Shown here one piece after another: positions 29,757-40,137 of a DNA stretch of 64,000 bases. The notes below the pieces were generated by a model, which had not been told where the DNA came from, searched no databases, and saw only the letters and a program-made list of their open reading frames with translations. The DNA comes from Ostreococcus lucimarinus (taxonomy: Eukaryota): the NCBI GenBank assembly GCA_000092065.1, contig CP000585.1; one strand, given 5' to 3'. Each line of letters begins with the position of its first letter. The stretch's first letter is position 1. A program made the translations under genes and the position numbers.

Positions 29757-31010
29757 ATGCCTGCCCCCCTCCCCGCCCCTCGCCTCGCCCTCGTCGTCCT
29801 CACTTTCGCCGCCGCGTTCGCGTGTTACATCGACCGCGTCGGCTTCCCGATCGTGTACACCGCCATCGCGCGCGACGCTTGGATTCCGAAGACGATTCAA
29901 GGCTCGGTGCACTCGGCATTTTACAATGGATACACCGCCACGCAAGTCCCAGGAGGCGCGCTGGCGACGCGAATCGGCGGACAAAAGGTCATCGTGTGGG
30001 CGTTCGCGCTGTGGGGACTGATGAGCGCGCTCACGCCGAGCGATGGAAGCCGAACGAGGGCGATTTGGTGGTGCCGCGTCGGCGTCGGCGGCGCGATGGG
30101 GACGGTGTTCCCGTCGATGCACTCGATGCTGGCGCAAGCGATCCCGACGCAGGAAAGAAATCGAGCGGTGAGTTTTATGACGAGTGGGATGTATTTTGGC
30201 AGCGCGTTCGCGATGGTGGCGGTGCCGGTGGCGATGCGATTGGGCGGCGCGGCGTTCGCGACGACGGCGACGGGGTGTTGCGCGTTCGCGTGGTTGCTCG
30301 CGTGGAACGCGGTGAACGAGAAGATGTCGATCTTGCGGCCGTTTGAGGACACGACGGTGTTACCCGGGGCGATGGGGGCTAGGAAACCGCGCGGTACGCC
30401 GTGGGGGGGGTTGTTGACGTCGCCCGCGGTGCTGGTAATCATGTTGAACAACTTTACGTTTCATTACGCATTCTTCATTTTGATGTCGTGGATGCCGACG
30501 TTTTACGAGCAAAAGTTAGGACTCGACGCCGGGTCGTATACGTGGCTGAAGATGATACCGTACTTGGTCATGGGGACGTGTTCGAACGTCGGCGGGATCG
30601 TGGCGGACAAGATGATGTCGTCCAAGGCGTATTCGCCGACGTACGTGCGTAAATTATTGAACACTATCGGATTCGTCCTCGCGGCGTTGGCGCTATGGTC
30701 GTTGCCGCTGTGTACGAGCGTCGGCTCCGCCGCGTTCGTGAGCTCTATCGCTTTAGGCGCGCTCGCCGTCGCGCGCGGCGGTTACGCGGTGAACCACATG
30801 GACGTCGCCCCTCGACTGGCCGGCGTGCTCATGGGTATGAGCAACGGTTGCGGCGCTATGGCGGGCATGATCGGTCCTTGGTTCACGGGTTTAGTTTTAG
30901 ACACCGCTCGCGATCCTTGGGTCGCCGCGTTCAACATGCCCGGATATTTGTGCGTCGGCGGCGCTGCGGCGTACTTGAGATACGCCACGGCGGAGCAACT
31001 CTTCGATTAG
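29757..31010 (+). CDS. Major facilitator superfamily transporter, SLC17/PHT4 (anion/phosphate transporter)-like
   Basis: ATG at 29757. N-terminal signature CYIDRVGFPIV...GYTATQVPGGALATRIGG. About 12 predicted hydrophobic helices. Confidence 0.65.
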   Translation: MPAPLPAPRLALVVLTFAAAFACYIDRVGFPIVYTAIARDAWIPKTIQGSVHSAFYNGYTATQVPGGALATRIGGQKVIVWAFALWGLMSALTPSDGSRTRAIWWCRVGVGGAMGTVFPSMHSMLAQAIPTQERNRAVSFMTSGMYFGSAFAMVAVPVAMRLGGAAFATTATGCCAFAWLLAWNAVNEKMSILRPFEDTTVLPGAMGARKPRGTPWGGLLTSPAVLVIMLNNFTFHYAFFILMSWMPTFYEQKLGLDAGSYTWLKMIPYLVMGTCSNVGGIVADKMMSSKAYSPTYVRKLLNTIGFVLAALALWSLPLCTSVGSAAFVSSIALGALAVARGGYAVNHMDVAPRLAGVLMGMSNGCGAMAGMIGPWFTGLVLDTARDPWVAAFNMPGYLCVGGAAAYLRYATAEQLFD

Positions 31011-31091
31011 CATCACGCTTTGTAGTCAAACAATGCACGCGCGTTAGGAACCAAACGCCGTCGAACGTTTCAGACGCGCCCGTCGCGCGTC

Positions 31092-31457
31092 TCAGTGAAA
31101 GGAATAGTGCTTCTTTATCGCCTTCGTGACGTTCCACGTGCAAGACATGCCCGCGGGAAAAGTCGCGAGCGTTCCCGGCGTCAAGCGCACGGGCGCCGAT
31201 CCATCGTCCGGGGTCACGACGCACTCGCCCTCGATGACGTAGCAAGTCTCGCTCGAGCCGTACGTCCACGGGAACTCGCTCGCCTCGCACCCCCAGGTGG
31301 GCCAAGTCTTAGCCTTCGCGACGTCTTCGGCGCTCGGGGAGGCGTCGACGCGCGCTTCGGCGAGCGCGAACACGCGCGCGCATCGTCGATGATGCGCCCG
31401 ATGGCGTCGAGGGGCGAAAACGGCGGTGCGCGCGGTCGAGGTGGTGACGCACGTCAT
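31092..31457 (-). CDS. Small cupin-fold protein (DUF861/cupin_3-like)
   Basis: ATG at 31457..31455. WPTWGCEASEFPWTYGSSETCYVIEGE...ATFPAGMSCTWNVTKAIKKHY. Confidence 0.55.
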   Translation of the reverse strand: MTCVTTSTARTAVFAPRRHRAHHRRCARVFALAEARVDASPSAEDVAKAKTWPTWGCEASEFPWTYGSSETCYVIEGECVVTPDDGSAPVRLTPGTLATFPAGMSCTWNVTKAIKKHYSFH

Positions 31458-31650
31458 CGCGAAGAAGAGGGACGAGCGCCGGCGAGTGCAGTTCGCGAAG
31501 TTTGTTACAACATTAAAGGTAAGGAGGGATTAAGGTACAGGAACGCTGCGTAAAAGAATGCGTTGCGCGCGCAAGAATTGTAGCTCGACGCGGAATCGTC
31601 GAAGCGCGATGCGTACGGCGTGCGAAGCAGCGCCTCGGCGCGGCTCGAGC

Positions 31651-32868
31651 TCACGCCGACTTCTGCTTCTTGACTCGGCCGTAAAGAATGACGCCGAAAA
31701 TCGCCAGGGCGGTGCCTATGATGTTCGTCGTGCTCACTGGATTACGGAAAATGATCACAGACGCGGCGATCACGGCGACGCGCTTGAGGGAGTTGCCGAC
31801 GCTGTGCGTCACGGGATTCACTCTCGAAAGCACCATGAAGCTCAGCTGCTGGTACAGTTGGAAGCAGAGCGCCGCCATGAAGAGATTTTTACCAGCCACC
31901 GCGAGCGGCATGCCGCCGGCGACGATACTAGCGACGTTCATCTTCGAGCTCTCAAACGCGAGCGCCAAGGGAAGCGCGAACACGGTCGACGCGATGGTGA
32001 GCACGCCCAGCAAGTTGACGTAATCGAGCTTCTTCATGTCGTCTCCAGTCATGACGAATTTGCTCAACACGTTGCGCGATTGAAACGTCAAGTTCGAGCC
32101 CATGGCGGATAAGAACCCAGCCATGTTGAACGACACCTCAGTCGCGCTGGCGATCATGACCCCGGCGATGATGGGCACCAAAGACGCGCACATCGCCAGC
32201 GACGGGATATTCCCGAGAAAAATGGCGCTCAAGCCGACGCTGAACACCGGCTCCAACGCCTTGACGGTGTGCGTGAAGCTCACCGCCACCTTCCCCAGCG
32301 ACACATTCGTCAGCGCGTTCCCGAGCATGTGCACCATCCCCAGCGTCGCGATCGGTTTCAGCATCGACGTCTTCACGTCGGGCCTCGCCTTGGCCCCCAG
32401 CCCCCAAGACGCGGCGACCAGCGCGCTCCCTATCGCCAGCTCCAAGAAGGTCGCCGTCAGCGGCATCGGCACCGCCTTCAGCAGCGCTTTTTGGTACACG
32501 TTAAACGCGATAGAGAAGTAGTACCATCCCGCGAACAACGCCCCGAGCTCGACCGTCGGCCGCCACTTCGCCGCCGTCGTCTCGAGCGTCGCGCGCCAGC
32601 CCGCGCGCGCGTCGACGACCGCGGCGTCGTCCATCGAGCCGCCGACCGCGCGCGGCGTTCGCGCGCGCGCGCGCGGCGCATCGTCGCGCGCGTCCTCGCG
32701 CGTCGCGCGCGGCGTCGAGGCTCTCGCGCGAGAGACGCGCGCGCGTCGAAGCGTCGTCGGTCGCGCGCGCGTCGTAACCGCCGGGCGCGGCGCTTTCGCG
32801 GCGTCGCGCGGCGCGCGCGCGGCGCGGAGGGGCGCGAGGACGCGGTGGGAGACGATAGTGACGTGCAT
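31651..32868 (-). CDS. Plastidic phosphate translocator (TPT/PPT/GPT/XPT family, DMT superfamily) with Arg-rich transit peptide
   Basis: ATG at 32868..32866 (the track start is TTG). Conserved SFTHTVKALEPVFSV and lysine-containing substrate-site motifs. The two halves are internally duplicated. Confidence 0.8.
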   Translation of the reverse strand: MHVTIVSHRVLAPLRAARAPRDAAKAPRPAVTTRARPTTLRRARVSRARASTPRATREDARDDAPRARARTPRAVGGSMDDAAVVDARAGWRATLETTAAKWRPTVELGALFAGWYYFSIAFNVYQKALLKAVPMPLTATFLELAIGSALVAASWGLGAKARPDVKTSMLKPIATLGMVHMLGNALTNVSLGKVAVSFTHTVKALEPVFSVGLSAIFLGNIPSLAMCASLVPIIAGVMIASATEVSFNMAGFLSAMGSNLTFQSRNVLSKFVMTGDDMKKLDYVNLLGVLTIASTVFALPLALAFESSKMNVASIVAGGMPLAVAGKNLFMAALCFQLYQQLSFMVLSRVNPVTHSVGNSLKRVAVIAASVIIFRNPVSTTNIIGTALAIFGVILYGRVKKQKSA

Positions 32869-33346
32869 CGCGCGCGTGGCCCGAGCGCGGCGCGCGCGGC
32901 GATGAGTGCGGCGTCGACGGGCGATCGCGGCGCGCGCGCGACGAGGGTGCCTCAAACGCCGGGACGCCGGGGCGCGGGGACCGAGCGTCGTTTGAACAAA
33001 CGTGCGTTAAACTTCTATCAGTGTTCTCTACTTGAACAGGAGACGCGCGGACGATGTCGGCGAAACGAGCGTTTCGCGTCGATGGCGTCGACGTCTCGTG
33101 TGCGCTAGTCCGTGTACTATGTTGCGCTACGGGGGCCCGCGCGTGCTTGCTAAGCGACGCGCGCCCGTGACTACTCGCTAGATCTATTGGCTAGATCTTT
33201 AAGATGGCGCGACGCGCGCGCGCGAGATCGAATACATCGTCGCTCTCGCGTCGTCGGACGGTGCCGACGAGGACGAAGAGGGACGATAGACGAACGCGTG
33301 CGCGCGGCGACGCGCCCAACGTTTTCCGAGGCGCCCTTCCGAGGGA

Positions 33347-34340
33347 TTACTTCGGAAAGTCGAGCTCCATGGGTCGCTCCCACTGGCTCACACCTGTTCT
33401 GCTGTTGTAATAGTACACGTACCCTTCGGGTGCGGTGTGCTCGGTCCAACCGTGGCTGGACGCATCGGCGGTGCCGCCCGGAGGCTTGGAACCGTCGCCG
33501 GCGTACCCGTATCCGGGCTTTTGTCCGCCCGCGGCGTCGCCGCCGAGGGTCCCCCAAGGGTTCGCCCCGTCGTACGCGCCCGGCGCACCGCCGGCTTGCG
33601 GTGCGCCGTATTGCTGTCCGCTGTACCCATACCCGGGTCCCGCGGCACCGCCCGGTCCCCCGCGAGGCTGGCCGTATCCGTACCCTTGCGAGCTCCTCGG
33701 CGGTCCGCGCTGCGGCGGCGGCGCCTGTCCTCGCGGCACCGCGCTCTTCACCTCCACGCGCTTACCGAGCATGTCGTGGTATCGGTTTTGAAGCACTTGC
33801 TTCGCGGAATCATCCCGTTGAAACGTGATGAACCCGAATCCTCGGCTTTGATGGTTGTGCGGGTCGCGCATCACCAGCACCTGTTTTCCGAGGGGAAAAA
33901 TCGTCAGTCGATCGCGCAATCTTCGCCCGCGCGCGAACTGTTTCCGCACTGTTTGCGCATACGCCCACACGCGATCGCGAAAACCCTAGCGCCCCCCCGA
34001 CGCGTCGTCGATCGCGCGCCGCGCTCGCCTCTCGCGTCGCGCACCTCCATCACCGGCCCGAACTGCGAGAAAAAGTTTCTCACCACGCCTGCGTCCGTTC
34101 GCGTCGTCGTCTCGTCAGTCCCCGCGCGCTCGATCACCGCGTCGAATCGCGCATCGCGAATCGTCCCGTCGCGCGCGATCGACCGATCGCGCGATCGATC
34201 GCGCGTCGCGTCGCGTCCGTCGTCGTCGCGCGCGCGCGCGTCCCGCGCGATCGCGTCGCACCTTCATCGACGGTTCGATCGAGTCCACCGACGAAGATCT
34301 TGGAGCCCGCGCTGGCGTCGCCCGCGGCGGAGTCGCCCAT
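33347..34340 (-). CDS. RNA-binding protein with one RRM, a Gly/Tyr-rich linker and a C-terminal WW domain; three exons: complement(join(34262..34340,34045..34088,33347..33880))
   Basis: Exon 1 MGDSAAGDASAGSKIFVGGLDRTVDE(G) carries RNP2. Exon 2 GVVRNFFSQFGPVME. Exon 3 VLVMRDPHNHQSRGFGFITF carries RNP1, then the GY-rich linker and WW (GWTEHTAPEGYVYYYNSRTGVSQWERP). Introns: GTGCGA...CTGAC...CAG (34089..34261) and GTGCGC...CTGAC...CAG (33881..34044). Confidence 0.7.
33881..34044 (-). other. Predicted intron 2 (164 nt) of the RRM-WW gene
   Basis: Donor GTGCGC after ATGGAG, CTGACGA branch motif, pyrimidine tract TTTTTCCCCTC, acceptor CAG. Phase-0 splice joins PVME to VLVMRD. Confidence 0.55.
34089..34261 (-). 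other. Predicted intron 1 (173 nt) of the RRM-WW gene
   Basis: Donor GTGCGA immediately after GATGAAG, CTGACGA branch motif, acceptor CAG. Phase-1 splice gives a contiguous RRM. Confidence 0.55.
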
Positions 34341-34623
34341 GTCGCGCGCGCGTGTGCGGGCGCGCGCGCGCGCGGGGCGTCGCGCGCGCCCTCGCTGGCG
34401 TTGAGTCGCGAACCGTCGATGGGATCGGCGTCGCGCGCGATGAGTCACGAACGGTCGATGGGATCGGTCGCGCGGTCGCGGTCGCGCGCGACGCGAGAGC
34501 GCGACGCGCGGGCCGACGCGCGGCGACGGCGCGGCGACGCGCGCGCGGGGCGACGCGCGGCGACGCGAGGCGCGAGACGCGGTCGGATTCGTCGACGACG
34601 CGAGAGACCGCGAGCGATTCGAT

Positions 34624-34652
34624 TCGAAACGAAACGAAACGAAACGAAACGA
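34624..34652. repeat. Pentanucleotide microsatellite (GAAAC/CGAAA)x5 in the divergent promoter between the RRM-WW gene and the kinase gene
   Basis: tcgaaacgaaacgaaacgaaacgaaacgatt read directly, 30 bp upstream of the kinase ATG. Confidence 0.9.
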
Positions 34653-34683
34653 AACGATTCGAGCGCGCGACGCGACGCGCGCG

Positions 34684-36528
34684 ATGGCGACGCGAGGGAT
34701 GGCGGCGGCGTCGACGACGCGGGTCCTACCGGACGGGCGGCGCGCGCGAGGACGCCGGACGAGGCGGCGCGGACGCGCGGCGCGCGCGGCGGCGGAGGTG
34801 GTGGACGTCGACGAGCGAGGCTTGGCGCGGGCGCTGGAGCGACAAGGGCTGCGCTTGGGCGAACGCGTCGATCAGGGGTCGTTTGCGGTGGTTTATAAGG
34901 CGACGAGCGCGGGGATGCGTGGGGGGGATGAGACGTCTTGGCAGGGGGCGGAGGGGACGCTGCACGCGGTGAAGATTTTGAGCGCGACGGCGTCGACGGT
35001 GAGTTCTCGGCGCGATTTTAAGCGAGAGGCGACTCTGCTGACGCGAGTGAATCACCCGGGGATCGTCAAGGTGCAACACTACGACGAGACGCCTCAACCG
35101 TACATGGTGACAGAGTTTTGCACGAGTGGGAATTTGTGGAACGCGCTTCGCGCCGAGGAAATCAAGGCGACGCGGTTCGCCGGCGCGAGCGGTTCGCCGG
35201 CGCCCGTGCCCGAAGAAATGCCTTTGCTCGACTTTCCCACGCTCATGAAAGATGTGGCGGATGCGCTGACGTATTTACACACCGCCGGGTTCGCCCACCG
35301 CGACATCAAGACGGCAAACATTTTGCTCACCTGGTCGTCGGAGCTGAACCGCTTGCAAGCCAAGCTGTGCGATTTCGGGAGCGCGGCGCCCGTGTCTAAA
35401 ATGCCTCGTCGCCCGAAGCGCGGGGCCGTGGAGAAGGCGTTAGGTTTAGGTAAAGGTTGGCAACCGGTCGGTACGATGCTTTGGATGGCGCCCGAGATGC
35501 TTCGGCCTCCCATCGTCGGCGAAGAGTTGGAGGGATTCGGCGGCGACAAATCAGACATCTACGCGCTCGGCGTCGTCTTGTGGGAATGCTTGGAGTGGCG
35601 CGTACCTTGGATGGGCGACGGCACGCCCACGCGCGCGAGAGTTATAGAGGAAGTCGTCGACAACGGTTCGCGACTACGTGCGGGCGATAGGTCGAGCCAG
35701 GCTGTGACGTCTCTTTTGGACGGCATGTTCAAGACGGTGCCCGCGCAGCGACCGTCTGCGTCGCAAGTCTCCAACTCGCTCTCCGCGATACAAAAGCGTT
35801 GGGACGGAGCCGGTATGTTCGACTACGTGAGTCAAATGGCGATCACGCGAGCTACCGAGGTAGCGAGCTTGCTTGAAAGCACGTCGATCGATAAAGACAC
35901 GCAAAGCGTCATTGAAAAGGAAGCGCGCGCCGTCGCTGGTGGCGGGGGTGAAGACGAGGATGCGGTCGAGGAATCCGCGACGGAGTCTGGGCAAACGATC
36001 GAAGCATCAGATTTGTCCGAAGCTGTGCAGTCGTTCAGGCCGACCGCGAGCGCTGAAGAGCGAGGTGAAGACGAACTCGACGGGACGACGGCGAAACAAC
36101 TCACACGCACCGAGGAGACGAGAATTAGACTCACAGACATCGATCCGGAGACGTGGTTAGGCGAGCCGGGCACGCTCGATTCTGACTTACTGTGCGAAAA
36201 TTTGCTCAACATGATTTTCCCGCACATCCTTGACGCACAATTCACTCCTGAAATGGCGGACGAGATGGCGAAGGGAATCGAAGAGTTACAATCGCTCACT
36301 CAAAAATTCAACGAGTTGAAGCGCAGATCACGCACGGATCCTTTCGCCGCGCTAGCCACAGATTCGAAAGGCCGTGAAGTCAAGAGAATGACGAGCAAAA
36401 TAGAAAGAATCGAAGTTGAAGCGCAAGTTGCGGCGTGGGATAAGACGCGCACAGTCTTGCGCGAGCAACAAAAGAGAGCAGACGAAGAGTATAGTTCGTG
36501 GAGGCGGGCGCTTCGCAAACTCGGGTGA
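34684..36528 (+). CDS. Ser/Thr (TKL-like) protein kinase with long C-terminal acidic/coiled-coil tail
   Basis: ATG at 34684. Catalytic HRDIKTANILL, DFG (CDFGSA) and APE (WMAPEML) motifs. Confidence 0.75.
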   Translation: MATRGMAAASTTRVLPDGRRARGRRTRRRGRAARAAAEVVDVDERGLARALERQGLRLGERVDQGSFAVVYKATSAGMRGGDETSWQGAEGTLHAVKILSATASTVSSRRDFKREATLLTRVNHPGIVKVQHYDETPQPYMVTEFCTSGNLWNALRAEEIKATRFAGASGSPAPVPEEMPLLDFPTLMKDVADALTYLHTAGFAHRDIKTANILLTWSSELNRLQAKLCDFGSAAPVSKMPRRPKRGAVEKALGLGKGWQPVGTMLWMAPEMLRPPIVGEELEGFGGDKSDIYALGVVLWECLEWRVPWMGDGTPTRARVIEEVVDNGSRLRAGDRSSQAVTSLLDGMFKTVPAQRPSASQVSNSLSAIQKRWDGAGMFDYVSQMAITRATEVASLLESTSIDKDTQSVIEKEARAVAGGGGEDEDAVEESATESGQTIEASDLSEAVQSFRPTASAEERGEDELDGTTAKQLTRTEETRIRLTDIDPETWLGEPGTLDSDLLCENLLNMIFPHILDAQFTPEMADEMAKGIEELQSLTQKFNELKRRSRTDPFAALATDSKGREVKRMTSKIERIEVEAQVAAWDKTRTVLREQQKRADEEYSSWRRALRKLG

Positions 36529-36649
36529 GCGACACCGCGGCTTAGTGCACTTTGGCTTTGAAGTAGCGACGTGCCGTATTTCCTATTAATAGTAGATGGT
36601 GAATATAGCAGCGCTGGCGCTCGTCTTTTAAATTTTTTTTTATTTCGCC

Positions 36650-36714
36650 GATGGTGTATAAGGCGACGAGCGCGCGACGCGACGCGCGCGATGGCGACGC
36701 GAGGGTATAAGGCG
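36650..36714. repeat. Mosaic micro-duplication: a 38-bp exact copy of the kinase start region (gagcgcgcgacgcgacgcgcgcgatggcgacgcgaggg) flanked by copies of an internal kinase motif (tataaggcgacgagcgcg / tataaggcg), lying 120-190 bp downstream of the kinase stop
   Basis: Compare 36650..36714 with 34655..34693 and 34890..34911. Junctions share GAGCGCG microhomology. Confidence 0.6.
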
Positions 36715-36717
36715 TCG

Positions 36718-38712
36718 CTACTTCAGCGAGGTGTGCCCCAACGTGTGGCAGCTTGTTTTGTTCCCGTCTGTGTCGAAGACTAAGGGTAAATACTCCTCGT
36801 TTTCGCACGGGAATCTACTGTTTTTGAAGTGCTCGACCATCGCGTCTTTCCCCTGCACGCGCGCATACGTGACTTCGCAAACTTTTCGCGAATTGAACTC
36901 CTCCCATTTTTGCTTATGGAATTCCTTGTAAAACGCCGCTGTTTGCTTTGCACACTTGAAGTTGACAAAAGCGTAGCCCAAATTGCACTTGTTCTTGAAG
37001 TCGATTGGAAGGTAAAAGAAGTCATATTGTCCCGCGTACGAGCGATTGAGTAGGTCCAACATCATCGCTTGATTGTACTTGTTAGGGATGTTACGAATCA
37101 TGAGCGTCGTCCGGCCGTGTACCTCGGGATGTTCAGACGTGCCCTCATCGTTCGCTTCTTCCATACTAAAGATGAATTCCTCCGGATTCGATCTCGCCCC
37201 TCCATCTATTGCACTATTACCGCTCGACCTTGATCGAGCCATGCTTTCGCTGGTACGCGGCGAACGCATGTATTCCCCGCTCGTCCGCGGCGAGCGACGA
37301 CTGGCGCCATAGCCCCCGACACCTTGCATCATTGCGTAGCCGTACTGCTGTTGCTCCGTAGGCCACCCTTGGTAGCCAAATCCTTGCATCGCGCCCATCG
37401 GCATCCCCGGTCCCATCGAATTTGCGTACGGCCAGTACATATTCGACATCATTTGTGCGCCCATGTACTGCGAGAGCGTCGGCGGCGACTGCGGGGAGAA
37501 GGACTGCGTCTGCATTTGTTGCGGATGTCCACACTGAAAGTCGACGTGAAGTGGTGCGCCTCGGAAACCGACTCGCTGGAGCTCCATAACCGCTGTCTCG
37601 GCGTGTCGAACGTCGAAATACTCCACAAATCGATGATTCTCATGTCCCTTTGGCACCGTCAACCGCTTCAAGTCGCCAAACGTTTCAAGAGTGCTTCGAA
37701 GCTCGGCTTCGCGCTCAACGTCATCACCCGAACCGACATCGTACGCTAAGAAACGCCCTTGGTTTTCCATGCCCGGGATCCATTCGCACGTCGCCGAGTA
37801 CGCCACCATGTGAAACACGTGCGTGGACATTTGCAACGTACGCTTGGCGCTCTCTGCGCATCGCACGTCGTAATATGCGATAAACACTGCGTTCAACGAG
37901 CGTCGCATCTCGGTCGACAGCGCGCGAATTTCTCCGAACGGCGACAAAATTTGCCACAGCACTTGATCACTCATCGTGGGATCGGCCAACACGAGATAGA
38001 GCGTGCGAGACGGGTCGTCATTCGTCCAGACCGCCGGCATCGTCATCGACGTCTCCCGCTGGATCGGCATCGACGCCGCCGATTGTTGCTGCATGCTCAT
38101 CAAGTATTGTTGTTGTTGCTGTGCCGTTGACTCCATCAAGCTCGTCGGCAACGGTGGTGGCGCCATCATCGGCGGCGGCGGCATCGGAGGCACGGGCGGC
38201 GCACCTCCTCGCCACGCGCCCGCGCGCGCGTCCGCATTCGCCGCTTTCTCGCTCGCATCCGCGACCCTCTGCTTACCGTACGCAACACTTTCACTTTCAC
38301 ATCCATCGTCCCCGACGCTCGACGACGACATCCGTTTCGCCAGCTCTCCCTCCTTCGCCGTCGACGCGTCCGGTCTCGCCTCGCGCGCCTCGCGCGCCCC
38401 TCCCGCGCCGCGCGCCTCGCTCACCGCGTCCAACACCTCCATCGTCGACGTCCCCGACACCCGCACCGCGCGTTCAAGACTTTCCCCGAGTCCATCCATC
38501 CCCTGCGAATCGCTCCCACGCGATCGCATCGCGCCTTCAGCCCCAACATCCGCCGTCGAGCGCCCGTCGGCCCCGCGTCGCGCATCCGCGTCGTCGTCAG
38601 CGATTCCCGCCTTCCCGTCGCGCGCGAACGCACTTTCCCCGCCCGCACCGCGCCGATCGCTCGCACAATATTCATTCTCACCCCCGTTCGCATCTTCGCG
38701 CGTCCGCGGCAT
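36718..38712 (-). CDS. Mei2-like RNA-binding protein (three RRMs, with the Mei2-type C-terminal RRM3)
   Basis: ATG at 38712..38710. RRM3 signature [21 protein letters not shown]...[23 protein letters not shown]. Upstream RRMs ([10 protein letters not shown]..., [24 protein letters not shown]). Confidence 0.75.
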   Translation of the reverse strand: MPRTREDANGGENEYCASDRRGAGGESAFARDGKAGIADDDADARRGADGRSTADVGAEGAMRSRGSDSQGMDGLGESLERAVRVSGTSTMEVLDAVSEARGAGGAREAREARPDASTAKEGELAKRMSSSSVGDDGCESESVAYGKQRVADASEKAANADARAGAWRGGAPPVPPMPPPPMMAPPPLPTSLMESTAQQQQQYLMSMQQQSAASMPIQRETSMTMPAVWTNDDPSRTLYLVLADPTMSDQVLWQILSPFGEIRALSTEMRRSLNAVFIAYYDVRCAESAKRTLQMSTHVFHMVAYSATCEWIPGMENQGRFLAYDVGSGDDVEREAELRSTLETFGDLKRLTVPKGHENHRFVEYFDVRHAETAVMELQRVGFRGAPLHVDFQCGHPQQMQTQSFSPQSPPTLSQYMGAQMMSNMYWPYANSMGPGMPMGAMQGFGYQGWPTEQQQYGYAMMQGVGGYGASRRSPRTSGEYMRSPRTSESMARSRSSGNSAIDGGARSNPEEFIFSMEEANDEGTSEHPEVHGRTTLMIRNIPNKYNQAMMLDLLNRSYAGQYDFFYLPIDFKNKCNLGYAFVNFKCAKQTAAFYKEFHKQKWEEFNSRKVCEVTYARVQGKDAMVEHFKNSRFPCENEEYLPLVFDTDGNKTSCHTLGHTSLK

Positions 38713-39305
38713 GTCTCAACGCCGCGCGCGCGCGCGATTCACCTCGACGGCGCGTCTCGATTGCGCGATGTCGCGCGATCGCGTGCGCGTTCCCGCGCGC
38801 GCGCGCTCGCCTCGCCCCCCGCGTGCGCGTCGATCGCGCGCGCGTTCGATCGCGACTTTGCGCCCGCGTTCGTTCGTTCGTTCGCTCGCGCGCGCGTTCG
38901 TTCGCTCGCTCGCGCGCGCGCGTTCGCGTGCGCGTCGCGCGATGCCGTGCCGACGTGGCGCCGAAATATCTGCGCGACTTTTTGTGCGCGCGCGGTCGGT
39001 CGTCGTGTGCGCAAACAGTCTGGCGCGTCGAGACTTTTTAAAACTTTTTGCGATCGCGCGCGACGCGCGATCGAGCGGTCGATCGGTCGATCGATCGCGA
39101 TCGCGCGCGCGACCGCGCGCGCGTCGATCGCGCGCGCGCGTCCAACCTCGCGCGGTGGGTCGACCGACGCGCGCGCGTCGATCGCGACCGCGACGACGAC
39201 GGCGCGCGATCTCGCGCGCGGGCGCACACGACGACGACGACGACGACGACGCGCGCGAACGAGCGAGCGAGCGACGCGCGAAGACGAAGGCGACGATGGC
39301 GAAGA

Positions 39306-39378
39306 TCGAGGAGATGACGGACGCGGACGCGGCGCGCGAGGCGAAGACGCCGAACGCGAAGGCGACGGAGGGGACGAA

Positions 39379-39416
<38 letters not shown>

Positions 39417-40072
39417 CGACGGGGGGGAAGCGGGACTCGACGACGGCGCCGAAGCCGACGCCGCCGACGATCTCGCCGAAGATGTTCATCTCGCCGATTT
39501 TGTTGATGGGGGGGAAGCGCATGGGGATCGATTATAAGGATCCGGCGCACGTGGCGAAGATTCGAATGTGCTTCGTGGTGGCGATGACGATGTTGGCGCT
39601 GTGCTTTGCGCATTTGTGGGTGACCATGAAGAAGAGGAAGAAGAAACTGGAGGAAGATACGTGCGAGGTGAAGGTTAAGGATGTGCAGAGTGGGGAGACG
39701 AAGACGGAGAAGGTGACGCTGTACGAACACGACGTGCGAGAGTTTCGCAAGGTGTTGATGAGCAACATCATGGGCGGTTGCATGGTGAGCATGTTGCACT
39801 TTGCGTTCAAGGTCGTGCCGCCGTTGTTGTTGCAGTCGATCATGATGCCGTTGAACTTGTGGGATGGAAATCTGTGGCAGGTGCACGTGCTCTCTCGCGG
39901 GGAAAAAGACAACGCCAAGTTGAGACGTCCGTGGGAAGAACCCGAGCAAAAGAGTCCGTTCGCGGCGTTCGCCGAGGCGATGTCGCCGGAAACAAAGGCG
40001 AATCCGAAAGCGATCGATGCATCGCAAAAGAAAGCGAAAGATGCGAAGAAGAATCCGAAGCACAAGAGATAA
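39306..40072 (+). CDS. PHO88/Snd3-family (DUF788) ER membrane protein with N-terminal acidic/poly-Thr extension
   Basis: ATG at 39306. Conserved core EHDVREFRKVLMSNIMGGCMVSMLHFAFKVVPPLLLQSIMMPLNLWDGNLWQVHVLSRGEKDNAKLRRPWE aligns with yeast Pho88 from memory. (GAC)n repeat encodes T10. Confidence 0.55.
39388..39424 (+). repeat. Trinucleotide (GAC/ACG)n coding repeat giving a poly-Thr tract in the PHO88-like protein
   Basis: gacgacgacgacgacgacgacgacgacggcgacg read directly; translated as TATTTTTTTTTTATG. Confidence 0.85.
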
Positions 40073-40137
40073 CAAGCACGAAATGGTTGACGAGTTGATG
40101 ATGTAACTAGTGTGTGGAGCTGTGTGTAGTGTCAAAT

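Noticed and set aside
33176-33198. Weak similarity of TTGGCTAGATCT to the U2 snRNA 5' region (UUGGCUAAGAUC)
   Set aside because: Only about 12 nt match, with no Sm site or downstream U2 stem-loops. It is treated as a promoter motif instead.
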